Source of the DNA: a virus
Lineage: Duplodnaviria; Caudoviricetes
IMG/VR virus record: IMGVR_UViG_3300028805_000096
Span: 1-64,000 of that record
Reading direction: 5' to 3' (one strand)
Length of the DNA: 64,000 bases
Every line of letters starts with the position of its first letter. Position 1 is the first letter of the stretch. The position numbers were made by a program, and so were the translations under genes. Below the pieces are notes generated by a model that had not been told where the DNA came from, searched no databases, and was given only the letters and a program-made list of their open reading frames with translations. Positions 1-11,924 of this stretch are shown here, piece by piece.

Positions 1-455
1 TATAAATAATATAATATAGATAGTATAGTGAATAATAAAACATTATATAAACAATTATTAATTAATTAAAAAACTATACATAAAAGATATATACAAAAAC
101 AAGCAATAAATAATATAAAAGTTCTTTTTCTTTTATCTTTTTAAAAAGAAAAAGTAAAAGCCAAAAAGTAAAAGCCCCCAACCTGTCAATAAAATTTTTG
201 ACAGTTGAGTTTCTTCAGTTCAGCACTGGCTGTAAAAAAAATTTTTGACGGACGGAGGAGGGATACCTTCCCACTAAGGAGGGAGATAATTGCTATAGTA
301 TTCTTACGGGGGCTCTGAGTAAAAAAACAAAACGGGGTATTGTACCACGCACCACCGTGGCATTTCGTGGTAAAATCTCTTGAAAAATATAAAAAAATCA
401 TTATACAACGTGGTAATGATACCACGACATCAGTTTATACCTTAAGAAATTAATT

Positions 456-914
456 ATGAAATTTCAGACGAAAAAAGAACTTCTGAGATACCTCTGAAAA
501 AATGAGGACGATAGGAAGCTTGTAGATAGAATGGTAGCGAGATGAGAGGTTAGATTAGAATGAAGGATATATGTATTAGAGGAGAAGGAAGAAGCGGTTT
601 CCAAATCTTCTTTTGATTTAGCAAATCGTTTATCTAGTTTGAGTAACGATTTAGAATACTTAAATAAGGAGTATGAGAGGCTAGAGGGGCTATTAGATTA
701 TTCGCTTAGGAAATGCTATAATATTATGAAGAAAAAGGGGCTAGTAGGTTCTGAGGATACTTATGATGATTTTTATAATAAGATAACAGAATGATACCAA
801 GGAAAAATAGAGGTTAAAACCGAGAACGTGGTAGAATGTGGTAATGGTTGAGAGAAAGATTTAGGTTCAATTGTGAAAACATTTGGGATAATGAAAGCGT
901 CAGATTTGATTTAA
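456..914 (+). CDS. hypothetical protein upstream of terminase (paralogue of 28592-29188)
   Basis: Open with TGA=Gly; N-terminus MKFQTKKELLRYLGKNEDDRKLVDRMVARGEV. Confidence 0.75.
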
Positions 915-931
915 TTTCTTAAACATAAATA

Positions 932-1336
932 ATGGCTGAATTTTTAGATGCAAACAACAAGAATGGAGGTTGAATAATCGACATTCAGAATAAAAACAAC
1001 CACGCTGGAGTGGAGAGAAGAGAAGCTTCAGAGAGGGCTGAAGCGTTACTTAAGCTTATAAATGAATACAGAGTGTATTCGCATAGGTTTGAGAGTTTAC
1101 CTACTTGGGATGTATTAGAGTTTCTGAGCAAGTTAGAGAAGGAGTTATTTAATAGATTTGGGGGAGATGTAGAGAATGGGGAAATAGATAAGTTAAGGAA
1201 TGAGTATTTCTTAGTATTTGGGAAGAAACCCTTTATGGCTTGGGGAGTAGAAGATTTGAAGAAAAGAATAGAACAAGGTAAACCAGAGGAGATTTCAGAA
1301 AAAACTTTACATTCTAAAAAGAGTAGATGGAAGTAA
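932..1336 (+). CDS. hypothetical protein
   Basis: Extends track ORF 1010-1336 upstream through one TGA to the ATG at 932. Confidence 0.7.
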
Positions 1337-1899
1337 AAAGAGAGAACGCACCTAAACGTTGACCTAACGAAAAGACTAAGAACTTAGTAGGGACTAGAGA
1401 GATAGTTAGGGACTGAAAGCCTTGAAGCTGAAAATATAAGTGACCAGATAGATTAGCTGTAAAGAAAGGTTTAACAGAGAAGCAGAAAGCTTTTGTAGAT
1501 GAGTATTTACAGTCACATAATGCTACTGCTGCTTATAGAGCCGCTAAAGGTACTTTAGGGAATAGGGAAGAATGGATAGATAGTGATAGACCTAACTGAA
1601 TGCAGATGAAGAAAGTAGAGAAAGTTAAGGAGTATCTTATACAGAAATTAGCAGATGATGCTGAGTTATGTTTAGAGTTACAGATGGAAATGATACAGAA
1701 TGAGGATATACCAGCTGCCGTTAGGATGGACTGAATAAAAGATAGACTTAATAGATTATGAGTATGAAAGCAGAAAGAAGAGAACCAGTGATTTAGTGGA
1801 ATATGAGAGGTTACTATTACTATTAAACATAAGCAATCTACTGTTGTAGAGGGGGAAGTAGTGGAAGATTTAACTGATAAACCAGAAAACGATGGCTAA
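1327..1899 (+). CDS. terS: terminase small subunit
   Basis: LTEKQKAFVDEYLQSHNATAAYRAA motif; directly upstream of terL; open only with TGA=Gly. Confidence 0.9.
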
Positions 1900-3289
1900 A
1901 CTATTCCAACCTAACTTTGAGATGACTGAGAAACAAGCGGAGGCTTGGGCAGCTCTTACAGATAATAGATATAGGAATATCTGATACTGAGGATGAGCTG
2001 GATGAGGGAAGTCTTATATAGGAGTTATGTGGTTATGGTATATGGCTTGGAGATACCCTTGAACAAGGTGGTTTATCTGACGTAGGGAATTATCTAATCT
2101 TATGAAAACCACAGTTAATACCTACTATAAACTCTGACAAGACTACTGAATACCTAAAGAGTTTATGTGACATCTTGATAAGAAGTATAATATTATAAAG
2201 TTTAGCAACGGTTCAGAAATTCTCTTATTAGACTGTGCCACGCAGCCAGCAGACCCTTTATTCACTAGATTTGGTTCATTAGAGCTTACTGGTTGATTTA
2301 TAGATGAAGCGAATGAGATAGATGAACAAGCTGTTACTATCTTAAAAACTCGTATTGCTAGGCAGAAAAATAGAGAATATGGCTTAATACCTAAGTTATT
2401 ATGCACATTTAACCCAGACCAGTGACGAGTTAAAAGAACTTTCTATACACCACGAAAGTCTTGAACATTGCCAGAAGATACGATATTTATACCATCTTTA
2501 GCGACAGATAATGATTATATAGACCCAGAGTATATCACACAGCTTAGGAACTCAACAGATGAGATTACTAAACAAAGACTTTTATACTGAAACTTTGACT
2601 GGTCTTGAGATGCTGGAAAACTATTTAGACACGATGAGATAGAAGACTTGTTCGAAACTAATGTAGAAAAGAAAGATACAACTTATATCTCAGTGGATGT
2701 TGCTAGGCTTTGAGATGATAAGACTGTTATTTGCATTTGGAGAGGCTTAGAATGTATCAAAATTCTTCATTATGATAAGAATACTATTGATGATATAGCC
2801 AATAGAATAAAGGACTTAGAATACTCTTATTGAGTTGCTAGACATAATATAGTAGTAGATAGTGACTGAGTTTGAGGTTGATTAGCCGATTTGCTTAGAG
2901 GCTGTACAAACTTTGTTAATAATTCCAGACCTTATAGATTTGAGCCAGAGAAAAAATGATTTATCCTTAGAAACTATGCAAATCTAAAAGCTCAATGCTA
3001 CTTTAAACTTAAGGAAATGATGGAAAAGAGGCTTATAAGAGTTTATGCGGACTGAGTTATTAGAGATAAATTATCTGAAGAATTAGAAAATATCTTTATA
3101 TCTGGTATAGATACTGATGGTAAAGTAAAAATAGAGGATAAAAAAGACCTCAAAAGAAGAATAAACCGCTCTCCAGACTTTGCAGATGCTATTATGTTTA
3201 GAATGATATTCTTAGTTCAAGAAACAGAAGCAAATAGTGAGGTAATAACTGGTACTTATGAAATTGATTATGATGACTTGTTGTATTAG
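1892..3289 (+). CDS. terL: terminase large subunit
   Basis: Walker A YGGGAGGGKS (several Gly are TGA), Walker B GFIDEANE, TFNP coupling motif, nuclease ISVDVARLGDD and SPDFADA. Confidence 0.97.
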
Positions 3290-3516
3290 AATAACGATTT
3301 GTTTCAGAGAGTTGCTCTATCCTTCTTACTTAGGATAGAGTTTTTCTCATTAGGGTCAATTACTGCGTCGCTAATAACCTCTAACGCCTCCTCTGGAGAT
3401 ATAAACTTATCATATTTACCATCTATTCGCCTTCATACCATAGGGACTACTATTACATCTCTCTTGAACTTTTCTGAATATGTAGTGTACACTCACTTTA
3501 GTTTGTACTTAATCAT
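3286..3516 (-). CDS. small antisense-oriented hypothetical protein (76 aa)
   Basis: ATG..TAA open frame MIKYKLKGVYTTYSEKFKRDV..., downstream of a promoter-like motif at 3624-3651. Confidence 0.65.
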
Positions 3517-3534
3517 TATATATATAAGTAAATA

Positions 3535-3561
3535 AAAAAACACAGTTTAGAACTGTGTTTA
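3535..3561. terminator. inverted repeat AAACACAGT/ACTGTGTTT
   Basis: 9-bp perfect stem flanked by an A tract; lies in the leader of the minus-strand ORF. Confidence 0.5.
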
Positions 3562-3779
3562 TTGTGGTGCAAGAAATTTAGAATTTGCTTGCGTGTGTAA
3601 GTTTAGAGGTCTTCACAAAGAAATGTATAAACATTTTTTATAAAAAATCAAGAGCAAATTTAAAAATTCAAAAAAATTGCGAAAATTTTTACACACTATA
3701 TTATATATTATCTTATAAATCATATTCTTATATAATATTCTAAAATTGTAACATACTGCAGAACACTAGGAAACAATGG

Positions 3780-4020
3780 CTTAGATATGGTGTCAAAACC
3801 TCTTACAGAGAGAAAGAAAATTTTTGTTTTTCTTTCGGTTATGAATAAAACTGCAACTCTTTCTAAGAGAGTATCCTATTCATATCTCTGTAAGAAGTTT
3901 ACCCATAGTACTCTGGGCTACACCGTAACATCTGCGTCGCACTGAGGTGTCCATAGGATGAGTACGGAAGCGATGATGACCTCTTAACATACCGCTCGCA
4001 AGTGATTATACCACTCGTGT
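3780..4020 (-). ncRNA. putative structured non-coding RNA
   Basis: Nested stems 3802-3811/3885-3894, 3812-3820/3828-3836, 3840-3847/3877-3884, 3920-3924/3946-3950; no long ORF; promoter-like motif at 4028-4055. Confidence 0.55.
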
Positions 4021-4180
4021 CGTTCTCTTTATATCTAAAAAAAATAAAAAATCAAGAGAAAATTAACTTTTTTTATTGTTGAAATAATAATATGTCAAGA
4101 TATAAAACAAAAGGTAGCTTGAAATACACTATATTATAGATAATCAAGTGGGTAATAAAGTTTATATTTCCATATATGGT

Positions 4181-6145
4181 ATGAAAATAACAGACGTGTT
4201 AGACCAAGAAAACATAGATAAACTCTTAGCTCAAATTGACAGAGAATATCAAGAATGATTTGATTATGTTGTAAACAAAAGAAATCAATATAGAGATAGA
4301 GTTATCAGATGGAATAAACAAGCAAAAGACCCAAATAAAATCAATATCAATATGATAGCGAATGCAGAAGATGTGCTTATCGCTTCTTCTTATACAGACT
4401 GACTTACAGTTAATTTCGCATCAGCAGATGGTTGGGTATCAGCAGATAAAGCAGATAACCTTAATTATATGGCTGAGTTTGACAATAACGACCAAGACTA
4501 TCAGCAATTATACTACCAAAAAGAGCAAGATAGATACTTCTTCTGAGTAGGTATTAGATATAGATATGGTTGGGATGATGTTAAAAAGATGCCAAAATTT
4601 ATGGTTATCAACCCTCTAAGCTGGATACCAGACCCTATCCCTACACAAATGGGTAGTTTTGATGGTAGTTGATATAGATTTCACTGATTTGAGTTTACTA
4701 CATCTATTGTTGACTTAATCGCTGACTGAAGCTATGATAAAGAGCAGTTAGACAAGGTAGTTTGAGCTTACTTTAGCCCAGAAACACAGCAAAACTGGGT
4801 AGCTTATGCCTCTGCCTACAATTATGTAATGCCAACTTGCTGTGATGACCTAAAAACTAACTTCTCTTTAGATGTTTATCATCACTTTACTAACTTTGAT
4901 GGTAAAAAATATGTAGTTACTCTTACAAATGCTAGAAGAACTGTACTTAGAATAAAGGAATTAAAGCCAGTATTAGAGGAAGAAAAGAAAAACCCTAATA
5001 TGATAGAGTTCCCTATTATACTTAACTACTGGAAACCTAGAAGAAATGACCCATTTGGAGAGAGTATCTGTGACAAATTGGATGATAAACAAATCGCAAA
5101 GACAATATTATTCAACTTAAACATCATAAAAGCCAAAAAAGAAGCTCTAGGTGGAGATTTCATCTGGAACTCAAGACTTATTAAGAACAAAGACGACATC
5201 CTTAAACCTACAACAAATGGTAGAAATATCTTTGTTGACACTATGGAGAACTTATCTAATGTTGGTATGGAGTTGCCTAGAAGTCAAATCAAAGCAGATA
5301 GCATAAATATGATTACTGCTCTTGAAAATGAGGCTATGCACGATACTAATATTGATAGTCTTCAACAAGGTATCGTATCTGGAGGTAGAACTACTGCCAC
5401 AGAAAGCCAAATTGCTCAAGCTAACTCAAATATTATTGGACTTCTTAACAATAAAATCAATGCTTGGGGAGATAAGAGGTTCTGGTTTGAACGATGGAAA
5501 GGTTATCAAGAGAATTTCTCAGAAGTTGATGAGAAATCAGTTGTTATCGTTAGCAATTTCGAAGTAAAATCTTTCCCTATCAAAAAAGATGACTTCTTTA
5601 CTAAGCAAATGCCTCATATTATACTATGAACTAAGGCAGATTTGCAATCAAAGAACGAAAAAGAACAAATCTTCTGGGATAAATACTTATGAATGGTGCT
5701 AAACAACCCTACAACACCAGATGTATCAAAGAGAATAGCACAAAGAATGTGTTTCAGATGTAATGGAAAGACACCTAATGAGATAAATGTTCTTGTTCCA
5801 TTAGAAAATGATGAAACAGTAGCTGTGAACTTTGTTGAAATGATAAATCTTAACCAAGTTCCAAAGTCAATGTTCAGTTATCCACAAGAATATCTTAGAA
5901 CTTTCTGGGTATATTTCCAGAAAGCTGAGAATACAAAGGCTAAAGATGTAGTATTACAAGCATTAAGAAGTGCTATGGTAAGACTACCTTTACAACAGCA
6001 AGTAAACCCAGCCTTTACAGAGATGGCTAATAGCTCTAGCAATATTGCTATGAGCCAAGCTATGCAAAGTGCTGATAAAACTATCACATCAAGGCAAGAC
6101 TTAATACCTTGACAGTGAAGTGCTACTGCTGCATCAATTATTTAA
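4181..6145 (+). CDS. portal protein (P22-like), module 1
   Basis: About 654 codons joining track fragments 4829-5629 and 5693-6112 in one frame through TGA; FPIILNYWKPRRNDPFGESICDKL; follows terL. Confidence 0.88.
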
Positions 6146-6162
6146 CCCTTAATTAAGCAACA

Positions 6163-6330
6163 ATGTTAAAGAAAGAAGTAAAGAGAAGACAGTGGGGTAT
6201 TCCAGCTGTACAGCAAGCTCAAAGAGATGAAGTAGATTACTTTATGCCTATTGATACTGAGACAGAAACTCCAACTGAGACTGAAACAGAAACTCCAACT
6301 GAAACTCCAACAGAGACTGAAACAAATTAG
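6163..6330 (+). CDS. small protein with Thr-Glu/Pro repeat tail
   Basis: MLKKEVKRRQWG...TETETPTETETETPTETPTETETN. Confidence 0.6.
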   Translation: MLKKEVKRRQWGIPAVQQAQRDEVDYFMPIDTETETPTETETETPTETPTETETN

Positions 6331-6355
6331 TTTTTATCTACTAATTATATATAGA

Positions 6356-6871
6356 ATGAGGGAATTAATTATTAAGCTTGAAAGCTTGAAAGAAAGCAAA
6401 GAGCGAGAAAAAGCTGTTGCTAAACTAAGAGAGGCACAGGAAGAAAAAAACAAAATTCTCTTAGAATGAGAAAACAGAGAAGAATATTATGAAACGAATT
6501 ACTACTCTGAAGCTGATATGATTAGACACGAGATTAAATTCATTAGTGAGTTAATCTGAGGTCTAAAGGTAAAAGACAAAGAAACTAGAGAAGCTTTAGT
6601 TGAAGACTTAAACAAGTCAATGAACTGGAGAATAAATAGACTTCTTTGAAAAACACACGAGTATAAGTTAGATAATATAGTTTATGAAGATGCTTACACA
6701 ACTGAAGACTTATACAGAACTGAAAACCGATGGATAGAATGCTTTGATAATTTGCCACAAAAGCTTGCTGACGAACTCAAACAAAGAGAACTCCAAAAAC
6801 AAGCTACAAAAGAAGCAGAAGTCCAAGAACAATTAGACGCTCTAAGTTCATTAGAGGTCGAAGGTCTTTAA
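6356..6871 (+). CDS. hypothetical head-region protein
   Basis: Open with TGA=Gly between portal and scaffold. Confidence 0.75.
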
Positions 6872-6992
6872 TAGAGATACAAGTCGAGGGTATTATATGG
6901 GGTGTATAGTTCGCCTAAATTATGCACCTACATATAATTGTAACTCCTTCGCCCTAGTATAAGGCACATTTTATACTTTAATTGTTACGATT

Positions 6993-7670
6993 ATGCCGAC
7001 ACAAGATGAACTCATCCAAGCCGAATTGGATGGGACTATTGAGCAGTTAGAGGCTAAAGCTGACGAGCAAGAAGCCGAAGAAGTAACACAAGCTCAAGAA
7101 ACAGTAGAACAACCTACTGAGGAAGTTAAGGAAGAAGTAGTAGAACAGCCTAAGGAAGAACCTAAAGCTGATACTACAACTGAAAAACAGTCTTCCGTTA
7201 TGAAACTCCTAAAACAAAGGAACGAAGCAAGAGCAGAAGTTGAGAAACTTAAAGCTCAAGCTAAAAGTACAGCAGAACTTGAAGCTAGACTTAAAGAGCT
7301 AGAAGAAAGTATAGCTGCACAAGAACTAGAGAAGGAAGCTCAAAAAGAAAAAGCTGACTTCTATGAGAAATACCCTAGTGCCAAATGACACGAAGAAGGT
7401 ATTGAAAAGATAAGAACCGAAAAGGACTTATCGTATAGTGAGGCATTTCAATTATATGCTGCACAAAACGACCCTACATTGCTATTGGACGAGCAATATA
7501 GACACAAGTCGCAATCTTGAGCAACTCTTACTTGAGTGCCAAAGACAGAAACTAAAGTTAAAGAGCCAAAAGCCATTTCAGACTTTAATGAAATGAGTGA
7601 TGATGACTTCTTAGCTTGGAGTGACTGAATGGCAAAAACAGAAAGAGCTGCACAATGATATATAAAGTAG
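6993..7670 (+). CDS. capsid scaffolding protein
   Basis: Acidic coiled-coil protein directly before the capsid gene; track ORF extends through TGA to TAG 7670. Confidence 0.8.
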
Positions 7671-7702
7671 TCCAACTGTTTTAACCCTTTATTTAATAAA
7701 CA

Positions 7703-8863
7703 ATGGCAAACAATTTAGATGCTTTTAGTCCAGAATACTGGAGTGCGAGAACTCAAAGACTTTTGAAGAAAAAGTTGATTGCAAGAGAGATAGCTTCAAT
7801 GGAAGAACAAGCTACTCTTAGAGATGGAGATATGGTACATAGACCATATTACTCTGATGTTGTAGTAAACAACTACACTAAAGGAGTTGATGTAACTGTA
7901 CAAGATGTATCAGCTACTGACGAATATTTAGTAGTTAATAAGTCAAAAGAAGCTACTGTATATATCGATGAAATCGATGTTAAACAGAACAAATACGATG
8001 CTGCTAACAAATACATCGACCGTATGACTTATGCTTTGAAGAAAGATATCGATGGTGCTTTCTTACAAGAAGTATTGAACGCTGAATACACAATGGATGA
8101 TGGAGATATGGGTGGAACTGCTGGAAACCCAGTAACTGTATCTGTTGCTAATGTATTCAAACTATTCACTCTTACAGAAGCTAAAATGAATGCAAACGAC
8201 ATCGAAGATACTAAACCTTGGTTCTTCGTTATCACTCCAGATGTTAAAGCTAACATCCAACAAACTAACCTAGTTAATGGTTTCAACCAAGCTGATGCTG
8301 CTTTAAGAGGAACTCTTAAAGGAATGGGATACTTAGGAACTTGGGGTAACTTCAATATCTTCGTATCTAACAATGTAGCTCACTCTAACTTAGTTACAGT
8401 TTCTTCATTAGCTGCTAATGATACATTAACTATCAATGGTGCTACAATTACTTTCAAAGCTGCACCTGCTGCTGCTGGAGAATGTAAACCAACTGCTGCT
8501 GCTTTAATCGGAATGATTAACGGAGTAATGGGAACTGATGGAGATTACGTTGAATTTGCTGCTGCTGATAGAGCTAAATTACTTTCAGTAAATGCTAAAG
8601 GAGTTGCTAACGGTTCAGACGTAGAAATCGTTACTGCTGGTTCAGTTGCTTACTCTCAATCTGGAGTAACTCTAGGAGGAGAAGTAGCTCACTGCTGGGC
8701 TGGACAATATGGATGTTCTGATATGGTTATCCAAAAAGATGTTGCAGTTCAGAAGAACAAAGAACCTAAAAAGACTGGTTACAACTATCTTTGTTGGACT
8801 TTGTACGGAATTAAAACATTCACTGAAGGTGCTAAAAGATGTATTAAAGTTGATGTTGCTTAG
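7703..8863 (+). CDS. major capsid protein
   Basis: 386 aa; FSPEYWSART..., GDMVHRP, TLYGIKTF, typical of P22-coat/HK97-fold capsids; follows scaffold. Confidence 0.93.
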   Translation: MANNLDAFSPEYWSARTQRLLKKKLIAREIASMEEQATLRDGDMVHRPYYSDVVVNNYTKGVDVTVQDVSATDEYLVVNKSKEATVYIDEIDVKQNKYDAANKYIDRMTYALKKDIDGAFLQEVLNAEYTMDDGDMGGTAGNPVTVSVANVFKLFTLTEAKMNANDIEDTKPWFFVITPDVKANIQQTNLVNGFNQADAALRGTLKGMGYLGTWGNFNIFVSNNVAHSNLVTVSSLAANDTLTINGATITFKAAPAAAGECKPTAAALIGMINGVMGTDGDYVEFAAADRAKLLSVNAKGVANGSDVEIVTAGSVAYSQSGVTLGGEVAHCWAGQYGCSDMVIQKDVAVQKNKEPKKTGYNYLCWTLYGIKTFTEGAKRCIKVDVA

Positions 8864-8882
8864 TCCCTCATTCTCTTATATA

Positions 8883-8906
8883 GCTGGCTGTCTTCGGACA
8901 GCTGGC
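8883..8906 (+). terminator. C(UUCG)G hairpin after the capsid gene
   Basis: GCTGTC-TTCG-GACAGC stem-loop; no clear U tract. Confidence 0.5.
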
Positions 8907-8945
8907 GAATATAAAAGGATGGCTTTATATTCCATTAACTAATAA

Positions 8946-9632
8946 ATGAAACCAAGTGAAATAATATCATTAGCCAGAAGGCAGACTGGATGTACTGAGG
9001 ACATTGTAACCACAGAAGAAGCATATCGCTTTCTTAATTTCGTTATAGAAGACTTTGGTGCTGATATAAGGAACTCTGATAGTTGATACTGATTTGATAT
9101 AGAAACTATAAATGTAGTAGCAGGGCAAAGTTCATATACATTCACTAATATAGAATGAGATTTATCTGGTAAATTTCCATTACATAAGATACAAGCAGTA
9201 TGGTTGTATGACATAAACAATAAAAAATGGAGAGATTTGCCAGTTCATTTCGTGGACAAAGTAGATTTAAACAAGCGAGAAAGTGTTAAAGAGCCACTTG
9301 CTTGTTTTATCACAAGAGAGAGCGTTAATTTAATTCCTACTCCAAAGGAAAGCACACAAATGCAAATTCGATGATTTAACTATAATACAGAATTAACTAC
9401 AACTGATAATGAAGAAACAGATATATTTATTCCTGCAAGATGGCATTATATCTTAGTAGAATGACTAAAATACCGAATGTATGGTAATATGTGAGTAAAC
9501 TTTGAAGCCGCAAGAACTAACTCTAGGGCTTTCTATGATAATGAAAAGATTAAAGCTATACAGAACATAGTAGATAGATGACAATTGGCTGATACAGCAT
9601 ACTTTCCAGATTTAAATTACCTTAACTACTAA
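8946..9632 (+). CDS. head-tail adaptor-like protein
   Basis: Position after capsid; LIPTP and WHYILVEGLKYWMYG motifs (W from CGA). Confidence 0.7.
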
Positions 9633-11155
9633 TGGCTGACAATACTAAAATATGACCAATATTTAGATGAGCAAACGGAGGTCTAAGTGATGACCTCTTT
9701 ACTGGTATTAAAAACTCTTTCTATTACTCAAATGATATGGAGATAAGAGAAGATGCTAAAAGCATATTCCCTAAACCAGTGCCAGCTTATGCCGACGCTA
9801 TTAAATGAGTAAATGTTGGTGGAGGTACTACTTGAAATCATAAAGTAGTGTGTTCTACGTATTCTATTTCTGGAGATTGAGATTACTCTTGATGGATAAT
9901 ATGTTGTGAGAATGATATATACATATATAATTCTCAGTGAGTAACTCTATTATGCACAATGCCAGAGCAGATATGCGATATGGAGATATTTAACTGATAT
10001 GTTTATATTTCCACTCAAACTCACTTATATTATAAGAGAGACAACTGATTAAACTGGACAGAGATGGCAGAAGCTACTAATAACTCAGATGATGATTACT
10101 GAAGATGCTCAGAAGCCTTAACAAGCAACAGCTGGCATCCATTATACGCATCAGATACTTGCTTATGTGTATGAGATGTAAATAAAATGTGGAAGGTAAC
10201 TAGAGAAATCTGGAAGGATATAGATGATTGATTTGAGTTACAGAAATGATATTATATTAGATTTATTAATGAACTTTGATGATTTATTAGAGCCGTAGCT
10301 GTAAATGCACCTTATTGAAGCGAAGTATTACTATGGGATAAAGTTAGTGATGCACCAACAGAAGTTATACCATTACAATGATATACTATGCTTCAGAGCT
10401 GTATATATAACTGATATCATTACTTATTGAGTAACAAAGGTTTATGATTGTTAAACTGATACCAATACTATATATTAAAGAAAGCCGATTGAGACATAGA
10501 TAGTGATACTAAGAATTGAATGGCTGTTTATGATGATAAACTATACTTTGTAGCGAATAATTGAATTTATATATATTGAGCAAAGAACAAAAACTACAAT
10601 GATGTATTGTGATTATGGCATAAAGTAGAAGAATGATATAATCTATGAGCTATCGGAGTATATTGAAACGACATTATGATAACACGTAATTATAAGAACG
10701 TATCTGGGGCTGATAATATACCAGTTAGAGTTTGAGTAAATGAGTGATTAGCAACTACTGGAGAAGTCCAAACGATGTGCTACTTCTGAACAAGTATGTC
10801 AGAGATTAAACAAAGTATGTATCTAAGGGTTTGATATCATATCCCTAAAAATACAGTTAGTTGAACTAATTATACTTGAGATATACATATCTATTATAGA
10901 ACTGAAGCTGATGCTATTGATGATAACCCAGAGAACTGGCAATGGCATCCAGTACAGCCTAATGATGAATGATTAAAAACCACTTCAGATATGAGAAGTC
11001 CATTTGCCACTACACTTAAACTTAATTGTAGATTTCAATGGATACAGTTTAAATTTGTCTTAACTAATTGCACTTGGATGACGTGATGAGCTATGTATAG
11101 CAAAGATACGAACTTATATAGTGCAGATTTATATTATAATGCTATGTTAGACTAA
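9632..11155 (+). CDS. tail tubular / packaged-DNA stabilisation protein
   Basis: About 507 codons, beta-rich, SKRSWGGLSDD N-terminus; position in podovirus order. Confidence 0.7.
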
Positions 11156-11835
11156 TGTGAGTATTAGAAGCTCGAAAGAACGCAGAAACTGTATGATACT
11201 CTGTTATTTGAGAGAAAGAAAAAGACGCTTCAAACGTTATAGATTATAATATTCACGATGAAATCACGATAGACACTAGCTCTGTATTTAATGCAAATAA
11301 TGATACTACAACTGGTATGGCTACAGTTATACCTTGAGTAAACGCACCTAAGTTATTGATGGATACTTCTATATATGAAGTCCCAGAACCTATACCAGTT
11401 TCAGTAAATCAGACGTTTACTTGATATATCTGACCTTTCTATTTCCCAGAATGACCTACTGCGTTGTGATTATATAATTTTTACACTAATTCTTCTACTG
11501 GTACTAGAAAATTTGTGTACTATGACTGATGAAGTTGATGGCAATGAATGAAGTGTCCATATCCTTGAACATATACATTTACGTTTATCAGTGTCTGAAC
11601 TTCATCAAGGTATGCTTATGAATATGATTGGAGAATTGCAAAATGATGATACCCAGATGATATATTATTATATAACTATACAAGACCATACAATAACTCA
11701 AGAATAGAGAGGACGTTTACGGCTACGCTAAGTAAATGAGATATAGTGTACTTATGGATGAATATGTATAAGTCTGATGCGACAGCATTTGGGACATCTG
11801 AAAGCGTCCCACTCACGATAACAAAAACAGCATAA
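11155..11835 (+). CDS. hypothetical virion protein
   Basis: TAATG-coupled to previous gene; open with TGA=Gly. Confidence 0.65.
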
Positions 11836-11924
11836 AGTCAATACAAAAAACAAAAGAATTGTTGAAAAATACCTATTTACAACTAATTATACCCTCAAGG
11901 GAATTTAACCGTATAAATATATAA

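Noticed and set aside
6251-6330. Tandem DNA repeat element
   Set aside because: Explained by the Thr-Glu-Pro repeat coding tail of gene 6163-6330.
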